Source: Octopus vulgaris (taxonomy: Eukaryota). From it: a stretch of DNA of 64,000 nt. The stretch lies in the NCBI GenBank assembly GCA_951406725.2, contig OX597814.1:177506001-177570000 (forward strand). The letters run 5' to 3'. Of this stretch, positions 12,163 to 25,249 are shown in pieces. The notes under the pieces were generated by a model, which was not told the DNA's origin, searched no databases, and saw only the letters and a program-made list of their open reading frames with translations. Position numbers and translations under genes: made by a program. Positions within the stretch are counted from its first letter, which is position 1, and each line of letters starts with the position of its first letter.

Positions 12163-12349
12163 TTTTCCACTCTAGGAACAAGGCCCGAAATTTTGGGGCA
12201 AGTACGGAACTGGTACTTAATTTAAGCGACCCTGAAAGGATGAAAGGCAAAGTCGACCTCGGGGGAATTTGAACTCAGAACGTAACGGCAGACGAAATAC
12301 GGCTGCGCATTTCGCCCGGCGTGCTAACGTTTCTGCCAGCTCGCCGCCT
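12163..12349 (-). mobile_element. SINE family D copy
   Basis: Head TAGGCGGCGAGCTGGCAGAAACGTTAGCACGCCGGGCG, B-box-like GAGTTCAAATT, core GACTTTGCCTTTCATCCTTTC (minus strand). Confidence 0.85.
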
Positions 12350-12999
12350 AACACTTCGTTTTTAATTATTTAATGATAATTATAAAATACCTGATAAACT
12401 ACAGTATTGTATTTTATCCTCTGCTTTACACATCTGCCAATCCACCTGCTTTATATCTGTAACAGCCAGTATGCTGGTTGTGTAAGTTAGAATGTCTTAA
12501 TTCGAGGCTGCTTCTTATGTTCCTGTATCAATGACCACTAAGCAAAGAAACTGAAGTAAAGTTGAAGCAGAAAGTTTAACTTGAACCAATTTAGAATGCG
12601 TGATGTTGAACTCAGGTGTTTTCGCATTAGCGAGAATACTGTGTTTGAGAAATAGTACTGGTCTTCAAGTTCATTAATTAATATTTATAAGAAATGAATA
12701 GTTGATAAGCTAGGATATTTATTACGTTTATTATAGATGCTAAACTAATGTAGTTTCTTTTTTCCATTAGAAAATTTGAGGTGAACACCTCATTATATAA
12801 TGTCAGTAGACCTGTGTATTAGGAAAATCTTTTGAATTATTTGAGCCTTGCAATATTTGCTTTCTGATTCCAAGTCTCGCCTAGTTAAACTTTACCTTTT
12901 ATCTTTCCGTGGTCGATAAAAATAAAATACTTGTGAAGTACTGAGATCAATTGCGTCGATATAACTCCTACTCTTAGAGCTGCTGGCCTTGTGCCTAAA

Positions 13000-13040
<41 letters not shown>

Positions 13041-13043
<3 letters not shown>

Positions 13044-13453
13044 AAAATGCCATATTTCCCTGGTAGCGGTATGAGGTGCTAACCAGAGACAGGTAGAATT
13101 TTCTTCTGGTCGAGTAGCCCATCCCGCTCAAAAGGTCCCTGAATAAGGATTGTTTAAGGATGTTGAACGAACCACCCATGTTTCCAAAGGTGAATTATTC
13201 AAACCCCAAAGAATTTCTCTCAACACATGGCTATGATGCTACCCCCACTACTTCTGCTCGTGATCAGAGACGCACATATCGTCAGCCACGAAGGGACATG
13301 CTCAACTGGTTAAGGTCAAACAACCGACAAGCAAATCTGTGGTATTGAGCAGAATATTTCCTGTAGCCCATCTTATATACCAAGACAAAACAATGTAGAA
13401 GATAACACTTCCAGTCAGTTAAGACGAGAAGCCACGATAGCCTCTGTCTAGTA
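13041..13453 (-). mobile_element. Family G variant with an alternative 3' end, embedded in (AAT)n
   Basis: Matches family G up to GAAGAAAATTCTA, then has a different ~55-bp tail ending in (AAT)n. Confidence 0.8.
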
Positions 13454-14222
13454 CTTATTACTATTATTATTATTATCATCATCATCATTTATCATCGAAC
13501 TTGTATTTATTGTCTTCCCACATTTTGTTATTTCTTATGCTCGATACATATATATATATATACTGAATATATAGGCCGTTACAGCCAGTAAAGTAAAGAT
13601 GCTTATTTATTTCAAAGTGGATTGCTGACTCGGTAGGCTCCGAACACAGACGATATACTTAAACTCGGTAAGCCGATGCTTGAATCTCTACTACATTGTT
13701 TTGTGAGCGATAAAACAAGTAAACCATTTATTTTATAGGAACGATTTATACAACTAAGTTATCTGGAGTGGTGTTATTTACATCGGGGTTATTATCATGG
13801 ATGATAGTATCGCTATAAAAGTGGAGCAAGCGCCTAGCTGTATTTAAGTAACATTTTCAGTTAAAAATCTCATTAGAACCTACTTAACATTTCAAATATA
13901 CGCACACCCATGCATACGTACATAAAAACATATAAATATTAACCGCATGATACAAAACGGACCTATAAATGTACATATTAAATAACTTATACACATATAC
14001 ACTCATTTATATTGAATTATGTATTCGTTCATATAAACATATATGTACAAACACGAACACAAATTTAGAAATTACTTTACCCATAGACAATGAGATGCAG
14101 AGAATTATGTGAGCTCACACACAAAAATATATCTGCAGTTATATTAATAACTTAAACTAAACAGACAATGAATTGTATATTCATTATGTATATATGTGTA
14201 TCTCTCTCTTCCTTTGTGTGCG

Positions 14223-14254
<32 letters not shown>

Positions 14255-14330
14255 TGCATATGCATACCTAGACACATACACACACACACACATATATATA
14301 CACACACATGTATATGCATATACATGTGTG

Positions 14331-14362
<32 letters not shown>

Positions 14363-14390
14363 GTATGCATATTCATATATATATATATAA

Positions 14391-14435
<45 letters not shown>

Positions 14436-14478
14436 GTATATATGTATATATATAAGTATGCATATACATGCATATATG

Positions 14479-14531
<53 letters not shown>

Positions 14532-14669
14532 GCAGTTAGACACATCATTATATACATATGTGGAAACAAAACTAACATGTGTGCCTGTGTCTCAATGTGT
14601 ATGCGCAACCGACTCCATGTTTGTGTGTGCGTCTGCCTTTGCGTGTACATGTGGTGCAGAAGTATATAA

Positions 14670-14729
<60 letters not shown>

Positions 14730-15375
14730 CGTGTATGTCGTGGAATAACTACGTTGCATGATGGCAAGTTGGACTGCTTAATGAGTTCGTTCATTAATAA
14801 TGAAAACGTTGAGCGGAGATATATAACTATTTGTTGAAGCACGAACACGGCTCCGCCGAACTGCGGCCGTAGACTAATATTTCAACAAAAGGTGGAAATT
14901 ATTCAGAAACTCTTGGAATATGATTTGTGTCTGTCATGTTTATCTGGGAATAAATTCAGTGTAATTAGCAATTACTGTCCTAGACTGTAATAATCTACTT
15001 TTTGACCTTAACTATTTCCTTTGTAGAGTGAGTCGCAGCGGCTGGCTAGTTTTTCTTCTCTTTTTATACACTTCATCGCATTTATTTTATTTCCGTTTTC
15101 TTCTTAACTAGCAAATTTCTTTGTGCGTGCCTATCTCTGCTATGCGCAATGAACTCTCTCTCTCTCTCTCAATCGCTCAGTTCATCAAACTGAAACATGA
15201 GCATTGTATAGTTCTATATTTAAGTGATGAGGAATTATGTACATTATTTACATTTTTTACATTATTTACATTTGACAGATATTTGTACTCATCTTGTTAG
15301 TTGTTAATACAACGTTTTGGCTGATATACCCTCCAGGAATGCCTGCTGATTGTCTTTTTTCCTTTTTTGTTTTAA

Positions 15376-15975
15376 ATAACACGCACCAAATATGGATTCA
15401 GGACATCCGTATACCGCAAGCCGACCTTTACTTGACGATACCTCAACTTCAATTGCCACCATCCATACTGTGTAAAGAGAAGGATTGCTCAGTGCCTAAA
15501 ACATCGTGTAATGAATATAAGTAGCAATCGTGATACCCACCACGAAGAAACGATCAAGCTCAATAACGATCTGTTAAGCAACAACTACTCCAAAAGTATA
15601 CTATCCACTCCAATTATGAAGAAGAGAGAGGATGAGGCCGATAAACTGTCCACAGTCTGTCTATCCAATGTGAGAGGCCTCTCCGAAATGTTATACAAAG
15701 GCGAAACATGCGGCCCACTCAAAATAAGGATAGACGAATATCACAAAGCTGTGACATGAGGAGATATTGATAAATCAGCTATAGCTTATCATGTATGGAA
15801 AAATGGAGACCACTTCCCCCTGTGGGATGAAGTTAAAATAATAGACAGAGAACACCACTGGAAAATGCGAAAACTAAAAGAAGCAGCACATATGCTAGAA
15901 CATAACAACCTCCTAAGCAGACCGAGTGCAATTATGAGCAGCATATGGGAACCAGTATTAAGGAAGGATAGGAAA
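15376..15975 (+). pseudogene. PLE RT thumb and GIY-YIG endonuclease pseudo-ORF, internally deleted
   Basis: ITRTKYGFRTSVYRKPTFT*RYLNFNCHHPYCVKRRI...NNYSKSI...CLSNVRGLSE / YKGETCGPLKIRIDEYHKAVT*GDIDKSAIAYHVWKNGDHFPLWDEVKIIDREHHWKMRKLKEAAHM. The motifs VYRKPTxTxxYLNFxSHHP and YxGET...R are typical of PLEs. Confidence 0.9.
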
Positions 15976-16019
15976 ATATTAGATTTATATGCTCTAAAAT
16001 TCACTCCATAATTGCCCAC

Positions 16020-16086
16020 GGGCATATGGCGTAATGGTTAAGAGCGCGGGCCATTAAGATTCCGACTTCGATTCCAGGCAGTGGCC
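16020..16086 (+). promoter_or_regulatory. tRNA-like Pol III head (A/B boxes) inside the PLE 3' region
   Basis: TGGCGTAATGG (16027-16037) and CTTCGATTCC (16066-16075) at tRNA-like spacing; no complete cloverleaf. Confidence 0.6.
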
Positions 16087-16088
16087 TA

Positions 16089-16123
<35 letters not shown>

Positions 16124-16176
16124 TATTAATAATATTAATAATAATAATAATAAACCCAGGTTCGAAATTTCCGCGA

Positions 16177-16222
16177 GACACCTGATGTAGGCTGGAGGTT
16201 ATATCAGCCGAAACTTTGTGTT
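16177..16222 (+). ncRNA. Type I hammerhead ribozyme of the PLE, mutated copy
   Basis: GACAC-CTGATGT-A-GGCTG(10 nt)CAGCC-GAAAC-TTT-GTGTT with intact stems I and II. The inverted copy at ~15307-15336 retains AAACGTT. Confidence 0.75.
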
Positions 16223-17149
16223 AACAACAAAGAAAATGATGATGAATATCCGTCGAATGTAAATAATGTAAATAATATGAGTATTGAACAGAGTCGTTGT
16301 TGCTGTTTAGCCCTCTGTTAGTCCTAACTTTAAAGACATCAGCAATGCATAATTTCAGGGATCGCGATGCAATTTCTAGTAGGCGGACTGCCCCCGTTGT
16401 CATCATTTAAAAATTGTTGTTCTTTTCGTTGTTGTTTTACCCCGTTCATCTCATCTCTTTTGTTGCATCTATGATTACACTCTCACTTTTATGATGCTGG
16501 ATACATGAATGATATATATCTGGCGAGTGAAAATACCCCATAGATACATTCTCTTCGTTATCTCCAGTAGAGTGCAACAAATCTAGCATTTTTTTCCGTT
16601 AGATTGAAAAGGTAAGCTCGTAATTTCCTATTGGCAAATTTCGTAGTTTAGACCAGTGGAATTCCCCAATAAAAATGTGTTTACCAATCGATCAACTATT
16701 AACGCCGAGAAACATTTGCATAAAACGTTAATCGATCTCTATATGAAAATACGTGTATATTGCAGTCGTATGAGATATAGAAAATACATACCAGCTGTAT
16801 CAAATAGTGAATAATCTCTTATTGTTCCATTAAGATTTGCTTTCTGCTTTTATAAAATCACAGAACCCAGCTTCATGAGAAAGTAGCAAAATGCAATATA
16901 TAACAGTTAGCGAAAATGCCAAAGATGCTGACTTTGACATGTACAGAGGCCAGTAGTCAAAGTAAAAGTATTTGTTAGTGATGACCGCGTAATATGTTTT
17001 ATTTTATGGGCTACCCAATATAGAAACAAAAACGCCGAGAACAGAACGGAAAACTCAAACGGAAAACTGTTTTCTGGGTTTTTGAAGAACAGTAGCGCGC
17101 TCACGTATGTTTATACTTCTATCTGTTTCTTTCTTTTACGTTTCCTTAT

Positions 17150-17560
17150 ATAGGATGCGGCCATGCTGGAACTCTGCCTTGAGAATATATTATCGAACGA
17201 ATCCACCTCAGTACTTATTTTTTAAACCTGGTACTTATACTATTAGTCGCTTTTATCAAACCACTGCTAGGTTACAAGGACTTAAACACACCGATACCAG
17301 TTGTCAAGTGATGGTGAGGGACAAACACACACACACATACACACACACACACGCACGCACGCACGCACACACACACACACACATGTATATGTGTATATGA
17401 TGGTCTCCTTTGTTTTCCGTCTACCAAATTCACTTATAAGGCTTTGGGCGATCCGAGGCTACAGTAGAAGATACTTGTCCAAGGTGTCACGCTGTGGGAC
17501 TGAACCCGAAACCATGTAGCTGGGATGGAAGTTTCTTACCAAACAGCAGTGCCTGAGCCT
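17150..17560 (-). mobile_element. SINE family A copy
   Basis: TGCGGCCATGCTGG...GGGACAAACAC(CA)n...TGGGACTGAACCCGAAACCATGT. Confidence 0.8.
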
Positions 17561-17578
17561 AAAATACACAATAAATTC

Positions 17579-17579
<1 letters not shown>

Positions 17580-17655
<76 letters not shown>

Positions 17656-17716
17656 CATCCATCCATCTATCTATCTATCCATCCATCCATCCATCCATCC
17701 ATCCATCCATCCATCT
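17580..17716. repeat. (ATCT)n(ATCC)n tetranucleotide microsatellite
   Basis: Directly visible. Confidence 0.95.
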
Positions 17717-18330
17717 ATATTTATATATAAATATTTTTGCGGGGGAGGGACATATGTCACCTTGTGTGTGTAATATTATACTTGCATATATGTGTGTGTG
17801 GATACCGATTTGGTGTTCGTAGGTGGTGAAGTGGAACGACATGAAAATGTATGCATTCTACGTTACAGTACTGGCATTCATAGTCCATCTTGTGTGTTTT
17901 CATATTTCAAATAGGAGATTTACCTACCAAGATTGAAAGGTCTACTCACATCCCAGTGCATCAAACGTGTTGAATATGTCTTTACGCGAGCACATTTCAC
18001 TTAACGCTGCATCGCACGACATTATATACCGAAATATAGCTCAACTAAGCATTAGGTATTTTACCATATAAAACATTTGCTGTTTGGATAAGAATACTTT
18101 CCTTTTGGAATGATGAGGCCAGGTGTGGTATTCATAACTGACTAAATGAAATGACCCAGAAATGCATGCATCTTATGATTCAAGGAGGTTATTCAGTGCC
18201 CATCTTGTGTTTCCACACATGTCTAAAAGGAGGCTTTCTCTCGAGACTATCTTCGCAGCGGAAAATCTCACGTCCTAGTGCACTCGAACATGTTGAGTAT
18301 GACTGTATATGCGCGTGTGTGTGTGTTTGT

Positions 18331-18645
18331 GAAGGCGCGTAGCTTAGTGGTTAGGGGCATATTCGGCTCATGATCGTAAGGTCGTGAGCTGAATTCCCGG
18401 CGGCGCGTTGTGTCCTTGAGCAAGAAACTTTATTTCACGTTGCTCCAGTCCATTCAGCTTGCAAAAATGAGTAGTACCTGTATTTCAGGCCAGCCTTGTC
18501 ACACTCTGTGTCCCGCTGAGTCACCCCGAGAACTACGTTAAGGGTACATGTGTTTGTGAGTGCTCAGCCACTTGCACGTTAATTTCACGAGCAAGCTGTT
18601 CCGTTAATCGTATCAGCTGGGACCCTCGTCGTCGCAACCGACTGA
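18331..18645 (+). mobile_element. tRNA-derived SINE, family C
   Basis: Head GAAGGCGCGTAGCTTAGTGGTTAGGG, then TTGTGTCCTTGAGCAAG. The 3' half is shared with 20709-20900. Second copy at 52150-52470. Confidence 0.8.
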
Positions 18646-19929
18646 TTGTAATGCAGTACGATCGTTTCATGCGACTCCATTCATCCCATTTTGAATTATA
18701 TGGATAATACCATACTAAATTCTGGTGCCTTTAACTTAAGTACCACGTTCAACTGAATCTAAATGTTACTGAACCTATATATATATTAAATAGACCAAAA
18801 AGTACAGATACAAAGGGTATACATACATTTATACACACACGCGTGCACACACACATATAAATAAGAGACAGAGAGGATGAAAATGTGACGGCTTGAGCAA
18901 CTTGATCCTTGTTGAAGCCTCATTATAATAGCTTCTATGTTATGTATTATCATCGGATAATACCTTCTCCATTAGTATTCTTATATCACGAAGCATTGAG
19001 TGAACGACCGTGTAATCGCCCAGTCTTGGAAAGATAATGACCAAATCTTCTTCAAATTACGCTCTACTTTTAATCTCTCATATACAAATCCGATCCAGAA
19101 GTACAGATAATGATCCTCTTCGTAAATTTATGAATTTCGATATAGTTGAGTTCTGTACGTCTCTAATTAGATTCTCTCTTCAAATATCTTTAGAATTCAG
19201 TTGAGGTTTTATTCCTATTAGTGATTCGGATATTAAAATCATTATGCATATGGTGAAATCTTTGAAAATTATGATTATTCTTTTGGGAGTAAATGTAATG
19301 ACCAGAAATTCTTTGATGTAGTCATCGGATCAAATGAAGGCACTGGAATTTCCTAATTAATAGGATTCTACGTATTAGACTTATTTCTCCGTGGATTTAG
19401 GATTTTACTGAGATCAACGATTACTTATTTTGGGAAGTAGATAACGTTAGGTGCTTTCATAAAAGAATTCATTAACATATACAAAATACAACAGTGAAAG
19501 ATCGCAGGAGATACGAAACTAAGCATATATCATTTCTTTGATAGTACGAGATTTATACATTGGTAGGTATTGGTCTTGTAGTGAATGAAACGTAAGGTTG
19601 TTGAATATTAATGTAAATTGCAACTACTCCCAGTAGTTCTGAACTCGTAGTTAATAACATAATTAAGCGCATATCAAACTGATCATTTGATGAGGAATAT
19701 TTTGATTGTGTTGCTCATTATTACGATATCGAATTATTAGGCAGTAGCTTCAAAGCTATAATACATTCTGTACACAACAATACCAAAATATAATAAACGC
19801 CAAGGTAGAAAAAAGCAAATGATAACTGTTTCAATGTTGCCGGCTGAACAGATGCTTTGATCAAATTATTTTTGATGGAAACGCTATCACGTTCCAATGT
19901 TGACTGTATCATTCGAAAATATATATGTA

Positions 19930-20180
19930 TCTATCACTGTGATCACTGTGACCGACCAGGCTAGAAGATGTCGCTACACATCGCTGGTCATAATGCGCTT
20001 CGCATTGTTTCAGCCTTCAAATGACGCCACCCCGCTGGCTAAGCGAGCAGGCCAACAGAAGAAAGAGTGTAGCGAAAGAGTACAGCAGGGATCGTCATCA
20101 CCCCCTGCCGGAGTCTCGTGGGGCTATAGGTGTTTTCGCTCAATAAACACTCACAACGTCCGGTGTGGGAATCGAAACTT
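19930..20180 (-). mobile_element. SINE family B short form, head truncated
   Basis: Reverse complement of ~2245-2468. Confidence 0.8.
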
Positions 20181-20708
20181 TACACGGTTCTGAATGCGAA
20201 CGTTTCCCTGAATCTCTCCCATCATCTGCATCTCTATATATAAAAAGGTAATAATAATTTGATAGCATAAATACTATATACATAATATATTACATCAAAT
20301 ATATATAAGGATAATATATAAGTGATCCAATCCATGTAATATACATACCATACATATTACGTATATATTTATATATTATTACATATTCATATGTAACATA
20401 TATAAATATGCAATATATATATGCTTATATGATTATATATGTAAAGCACATATTTGTGTGGTAGGCATACATGCATACCCCCCACCCACACACACACATA
20501 AAAGGCATAACACTAGCTATGTACAGTATCGATTTATTATTTATTACCTGATTTCGACAAAACAAATTATCATACCGTAGTCAAATTTTCACAAAATTAA
20601 CAATGTGAATGATGCAAACTCAAAAAGTTCACTATTCAATTCCAGCATTGAATTTCTAGCATTGTATCACCTTATATACAACGTATCAGGTGAGTGAACA
20701 CGAGAAGA

Positions 20709-21099
20709 TGGATGGAAGCACTCCGTCGGTTACGACGATGAGGGTTCCGATTGATCCGAATCAACGGAACAGCCTGCTCGTGAAATTAACGTGTAAGTGG
20801 CTGAGCACTCGACAGACACATGCACCCTTAACGTAGTTCTCGGGGATATTCAGCGTGACACAGAGAGTGACAAGGCCGGCCCCTTGAAATACAGGTACAA
20901 CAGAAACAGGAAGTAAGAGTGAGAGAAAGTTGTGGTGAAAGAGTACAGCAGGGATCACCACCATCCCCTGCCGGAGCCTCGTGGAGCTTTTAGGTGTTTT
21001 CGCTCAATAAACACTCACAACGCCCGGTCTGGGAATCGAAACCGCGATCCTATGACCGCGAGTCCGCTGCCCTAACCACTGGGCCATTGCGCCTCCACT
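20709..21099 (-). mobile_element. Full-length tRNA-derived SINE, family B long form (391 bp; size resembles octopus OR1), with 11-bp TSD
   Basis: Same head as 2191. TSD ACACGAGAAGA at 20698-20708 and 21100-21110. The OR1 name is from memory and unverified. Confidence 0.9.
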
Positions 21100-21555
21100 A
21101 CACGAGAAGAAGCGTGATAATGTATAGACAGACATATTTGTAAAATATTATTCCTCGTGTCATGATTGTGTCAAAAATATGACATATTTTTGACTTCAGT
21201 TGGTAGGATCAGAACGCAATATAGATTCATTGATTCGCATGCTAACACCCATTGATATTTTTTGCGTTTTTATTATTTGTTTAGTTTCCGGTAACGTCAC
21301 TTTACGCAGAACTTGGTAAAATCAGTACCAGACAAAATATTTGAGTCACGATCCACAAAGGAAAACATAGAAGGCATAGCCTCAACAATGGAAACTATTT
21401 AAACTATATATGAATTATACAATTCCAAATATGTGCACATATATGTGTATGTGCGCGTTCACGCTGACATGTATATATGTTTAGTAGGTACATTTGATAC
21501 GTTTATATATTTGTGGTGCAAGATTTTTTATGCGAAGTCGTGTGTTGAAACAGAT

Positions 21556-21768
21556 ATGGTCATTTTGCCAGTTTAGCTAATAAAAATACACGCACTATAT
21601 GTTTGATGTTACTTTGCTTCAGTGTTATTTATTTATTAATTTTAAAATTTTTTTTTACATTAATCTTAATTAAGATTAATGTAAAAAATAAATAACACTG
21701 AAGCAAAGTAACATCAAATAAATATATATTGCGTGTGTATTTATTGGCTAAACTGGCAAAATGACCAT
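21556..21768. repeat. Long palindrome with a zero-spacer centre at 21669/21670
   Basis: Arm ATGGTCATTTTGCCAGTTTAGC...CAGTGTTATTTATTT and its reverse complement; centre TTTTTACATTAATCTTAA|TTAAGATTAATGTAAAAA. Confidence 0.9.
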
Positions 21769-22415
21769 TCCGAAATACAACAATAGGTACATTTGAATTT
21801 TACATTTAATAACACTTCTATCCTCCATGCGTCATACACATCTACACATTAATAAAAACTTATTCTCACAAGGGTGGGAGAGATCCTTTTCTAAGTCTAA
21901 AAATACAAACCTGACGAAGTGTCATCATTAAATCCCTATGCCCACGTACAATTCTGATATATACATCGAAACCATATTTTAATACCGTCTTACAACAGAA
22001 ATATCTGCAATGAACTTATCGTCGGTTAGGTTGTGCGTCTGTTTTCTCAAATGGCATCCTGTTTGTTATCAAATTGGTGAAAGTAACTAGGAAATGTGAA
22101 AGGTACAGAGAAAAACCCAACAAAAATGTATATGTTTATCGCTCTTTATACAACACAACTTTTGTCTTAGTTCTTTCGCTACGTTTTTTGTATTTTTTAT
22201 CAAAATTTCTTTCGAGATTCCCACTAAACAATTTGTCTGTGTTCTATCTTTATTTTGGGTGATGTATGGTTTATATCAGCTTACAAGTATTTACTTAGCA
22301 TCATCTATGCAGTCTTACCTCCCCTGCTCCTGTTCTTTTGCGTTACTTGAGATTTTCGGCCTCTGTGTATACATATACGTAATTGTATGTGTAAGTATGA
22401 ATGTAAGAATGTAAG

Positions 22416-22446
<31 letters not shown>

Positions 22447-23076
22447 CATACACATACACACATGCATGCAAACTTGTATATGGTTAAATATGCATATGCC
22501 TGTACGCATGTATGTATATATATACATATATATATTTACACACAAGTAAACACATACATTCATATATAAATATACATACACACACACACACACATATATA
22601 TATACATACAAATATGTGTGTATATATACATGTATGTACGTACACATATACGTATATATATATATATATATATACATATATATAAATATATATATATATA
22701 CACATATACATATAAACGTATACATATACACACACATAAAGTTACCCCCACACACAAAAGCATGCGCGTACACGCATGTACACGCACACACACATGTATG
22801 TTTTAAACACACGATGTTTGTTTTTTGCTTCATGCCCAATCCGTTCTATAATTATCTCTGGTCATTAGATGTATTATATATCTTTGTAAACACACAATTT
22901 CTTAGTTGGCACAAAAAACAAACAAAAAATACCCCAAGTAAAAACATTTGAAAGATCAAGAAAAATTTTAAAAACCAAACACAAACAACAAGCTACTTTA
23001 TTTTATCAGTTCGTTTTGGTTTTATGATTTGATTTTTGATTTACGTTGGTGGCCTTGTAGCCAATAGCACATAAAA

Positions 23077-23217
23077 TTATCATTATTATTATTATTATTA
23101 TTATTATCATCATCATTATTATTATCATCATCATTATCATTATTATTATTATTATCATCATCATTATCATTATTATTATCATCATCATTATCATTATTAT
23201 TATCATCATCATCATCA

Positions 23218-23268
<51 letters not shown>

Positions 23269-23370
23269 GTATTAACATTATCATTATTATTATTATTATT
23301 GTTACCATTATCATTATTATTATTATTATTATCGTTGTTGTTGTTGTTGTTGATGTTGTTATCTTATTAT
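23077..23370. repeat. (ATT/ATC/GTT)n trinucleotide microsatellite
   Basis: Directly visible. Confidence 0.95.
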
Positions 23371-23788
23371 TTTTGTCTGGCAATCGGAATCGTATCTTGA
23401 ATTTGGCAGTGGGCGAAGTTAATGAAATTATAACTTTTAAGAAGTCATAAAATTTCAGTTTGCTAAACAAACGTAGAGTACGTGATAAATGTGGTCACTG
23501 GACATAAACAAAGTTTAGATCTTAAAAGGTTGAGAAGGGCAGGAATATTTTTTTAAATGCAAAAGAACAAATTTACAAAAAACACAAACTGACAAAAAAA
23601 AAATTACGAATATCAACAAAGACAAAAGGCAAAATAATAAAATATATCATTCCACCTCCACCCACTCCACCCTTGATGGAGTGTTACATTTTAATACTAA
23701 AATTGATTTCTTAGATTGGCACAAGGCCACATTTTGGTGAAGGATATAGTTGATTCTATCGATTCTAATATTTGTTCGCGATTGTACT

Positions 23789-24177
23789 TTGTCGACACCG
23801 GAAGGGCAAAAGGCAAAATTAGATTTCTGTGAAATTGGAACTCACCCTTTTAAAGTAAATCCTTTAAGTTTATTTTTTGTATTGGTTTTGAAAATTTTGT
23901 AAATTCGTGTGTTGGAGCATATTGTGTATTATCTTGGGAGGGCTATTATGCCAATATTAAACACAAGACCTGGTTCTGTTTTACTTGTCGATTCCGGAAG
24001 CGTAAAAAGTAAAATTCTATTTCTGTGAAATTGGAACTCACCCTTTTAAAGTACATCCTTTAAATAAGTTTCGTCTTTGTATTTGGCTTTGAAAATTCTG
24101 TGTTGGAGCATATTTTGTATTATCTTGGGAGGGCTATTATGCCAATACTAAACACAAGACCTGGTTCTGTTTTACTT
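23789..24177. repeat. Tandem duplication of a ~195-bp unit
   Basis: TTGTCGA..CCGGAAG...GAAATTGGAACTCACCCTTTTAAAGT...CACAAGACCTGGTTCTGTTTTACTT occurs twice head to tail. Confidence 0.9.
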
Positions 24178-24366
24178 CTTCATATTTTTGTTTGTCAGTT
24201 GGTTAACCATTTAGCCAATTGGTTAATCGATTGTTTGATTAATAATTCGGCCAATCAGTCCATGTGCTAGGTTTGTCAAAGTTCTTTCGCCGCTATTCAC
24301 GACCTCATTCGTGGCATGCTATCTCTACTCTGTCTGTCTGGATGTATGTGTCTCCTAGTTTACAGG

Positions 24367-24404
<38 letters not shown>

Positions 24405-25249
24405 AGTGAGAATATAAGTGAGAGGGGAGGTATAATCGAATTGGCTGTGTCATTAGAGCGATGGATAAACTGCTTTGCGATATTTGTTCCGGTGTTTTAA
24501 AGTTCTGAGTTCAAATCCTATCGAAGTCAATTTCCTATTCACCTCTGTGGGGCAGAAGTGAATTACCAATTCAGGATTGCAGAGCGGCGGAACGTTAGAG
24601 CACCAGGGAAGAGGCTAGTCTTTGCGTTCTGATGCAATACCTGAAATGACATTGGTCTCAAACTGCATGGAGCAGTTTACGATTCCAGGACAATTAGTCT
24701 TGTTAGATACTATACAATCTTTCTTCCGCGTAAATGCATGACCACGTTTGACCTCTCATCATTGCCAGGAAAAATGGTGTTATTGATTGATGATAAATCT
24801 TTCAGAGGTATGTTATTCTAAATACTGAATGAAATAACTTTTTACTTTCATGTTAATGAAAAGAGCTACTGGAAGCGCCAACCATATTTCATGCTTAGTT
24901 TAAATATAATTTATCTGTAGCCTTCGGAAACTAATGGGACCGATAAGGTGGGGGTTAAGGTCGCAGGTGTAATTGGGCGACACTTGTAGAAAAGTTTTTT
25001 TAGAGATTTACATGGGATTTGCATGTATTTTTTTAATAGAGATTTACAAGAGATTTACATGTGATATATAAATCAAAGTTTTGAGTAGTAAGAGGATTAG
25101 ATAAAGTTATTTTGTAAAGAGGGGTTTCACAAATATATAGGATATCGAATGTGCAGGGACTGGTGGTTCTAACCAGTCTATTTTTGACGAGTAACTGTTG
25201 TACTTGAAGTAGGCCATGTAAGATGACAAAAAGTCAATATTTACTATAG

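Larger units (their letters stand above)
15241..16276 (+). mobile_element. Penelope-like retroelement relic with inverted 5' copy of its 3' terminus
   Basis: Contains RT-thumb and GIY-YIG remnants. 15241-15336 is the reverse complement of ~16192-16276. HHR at 16177-16222. Confidence 0.9.
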
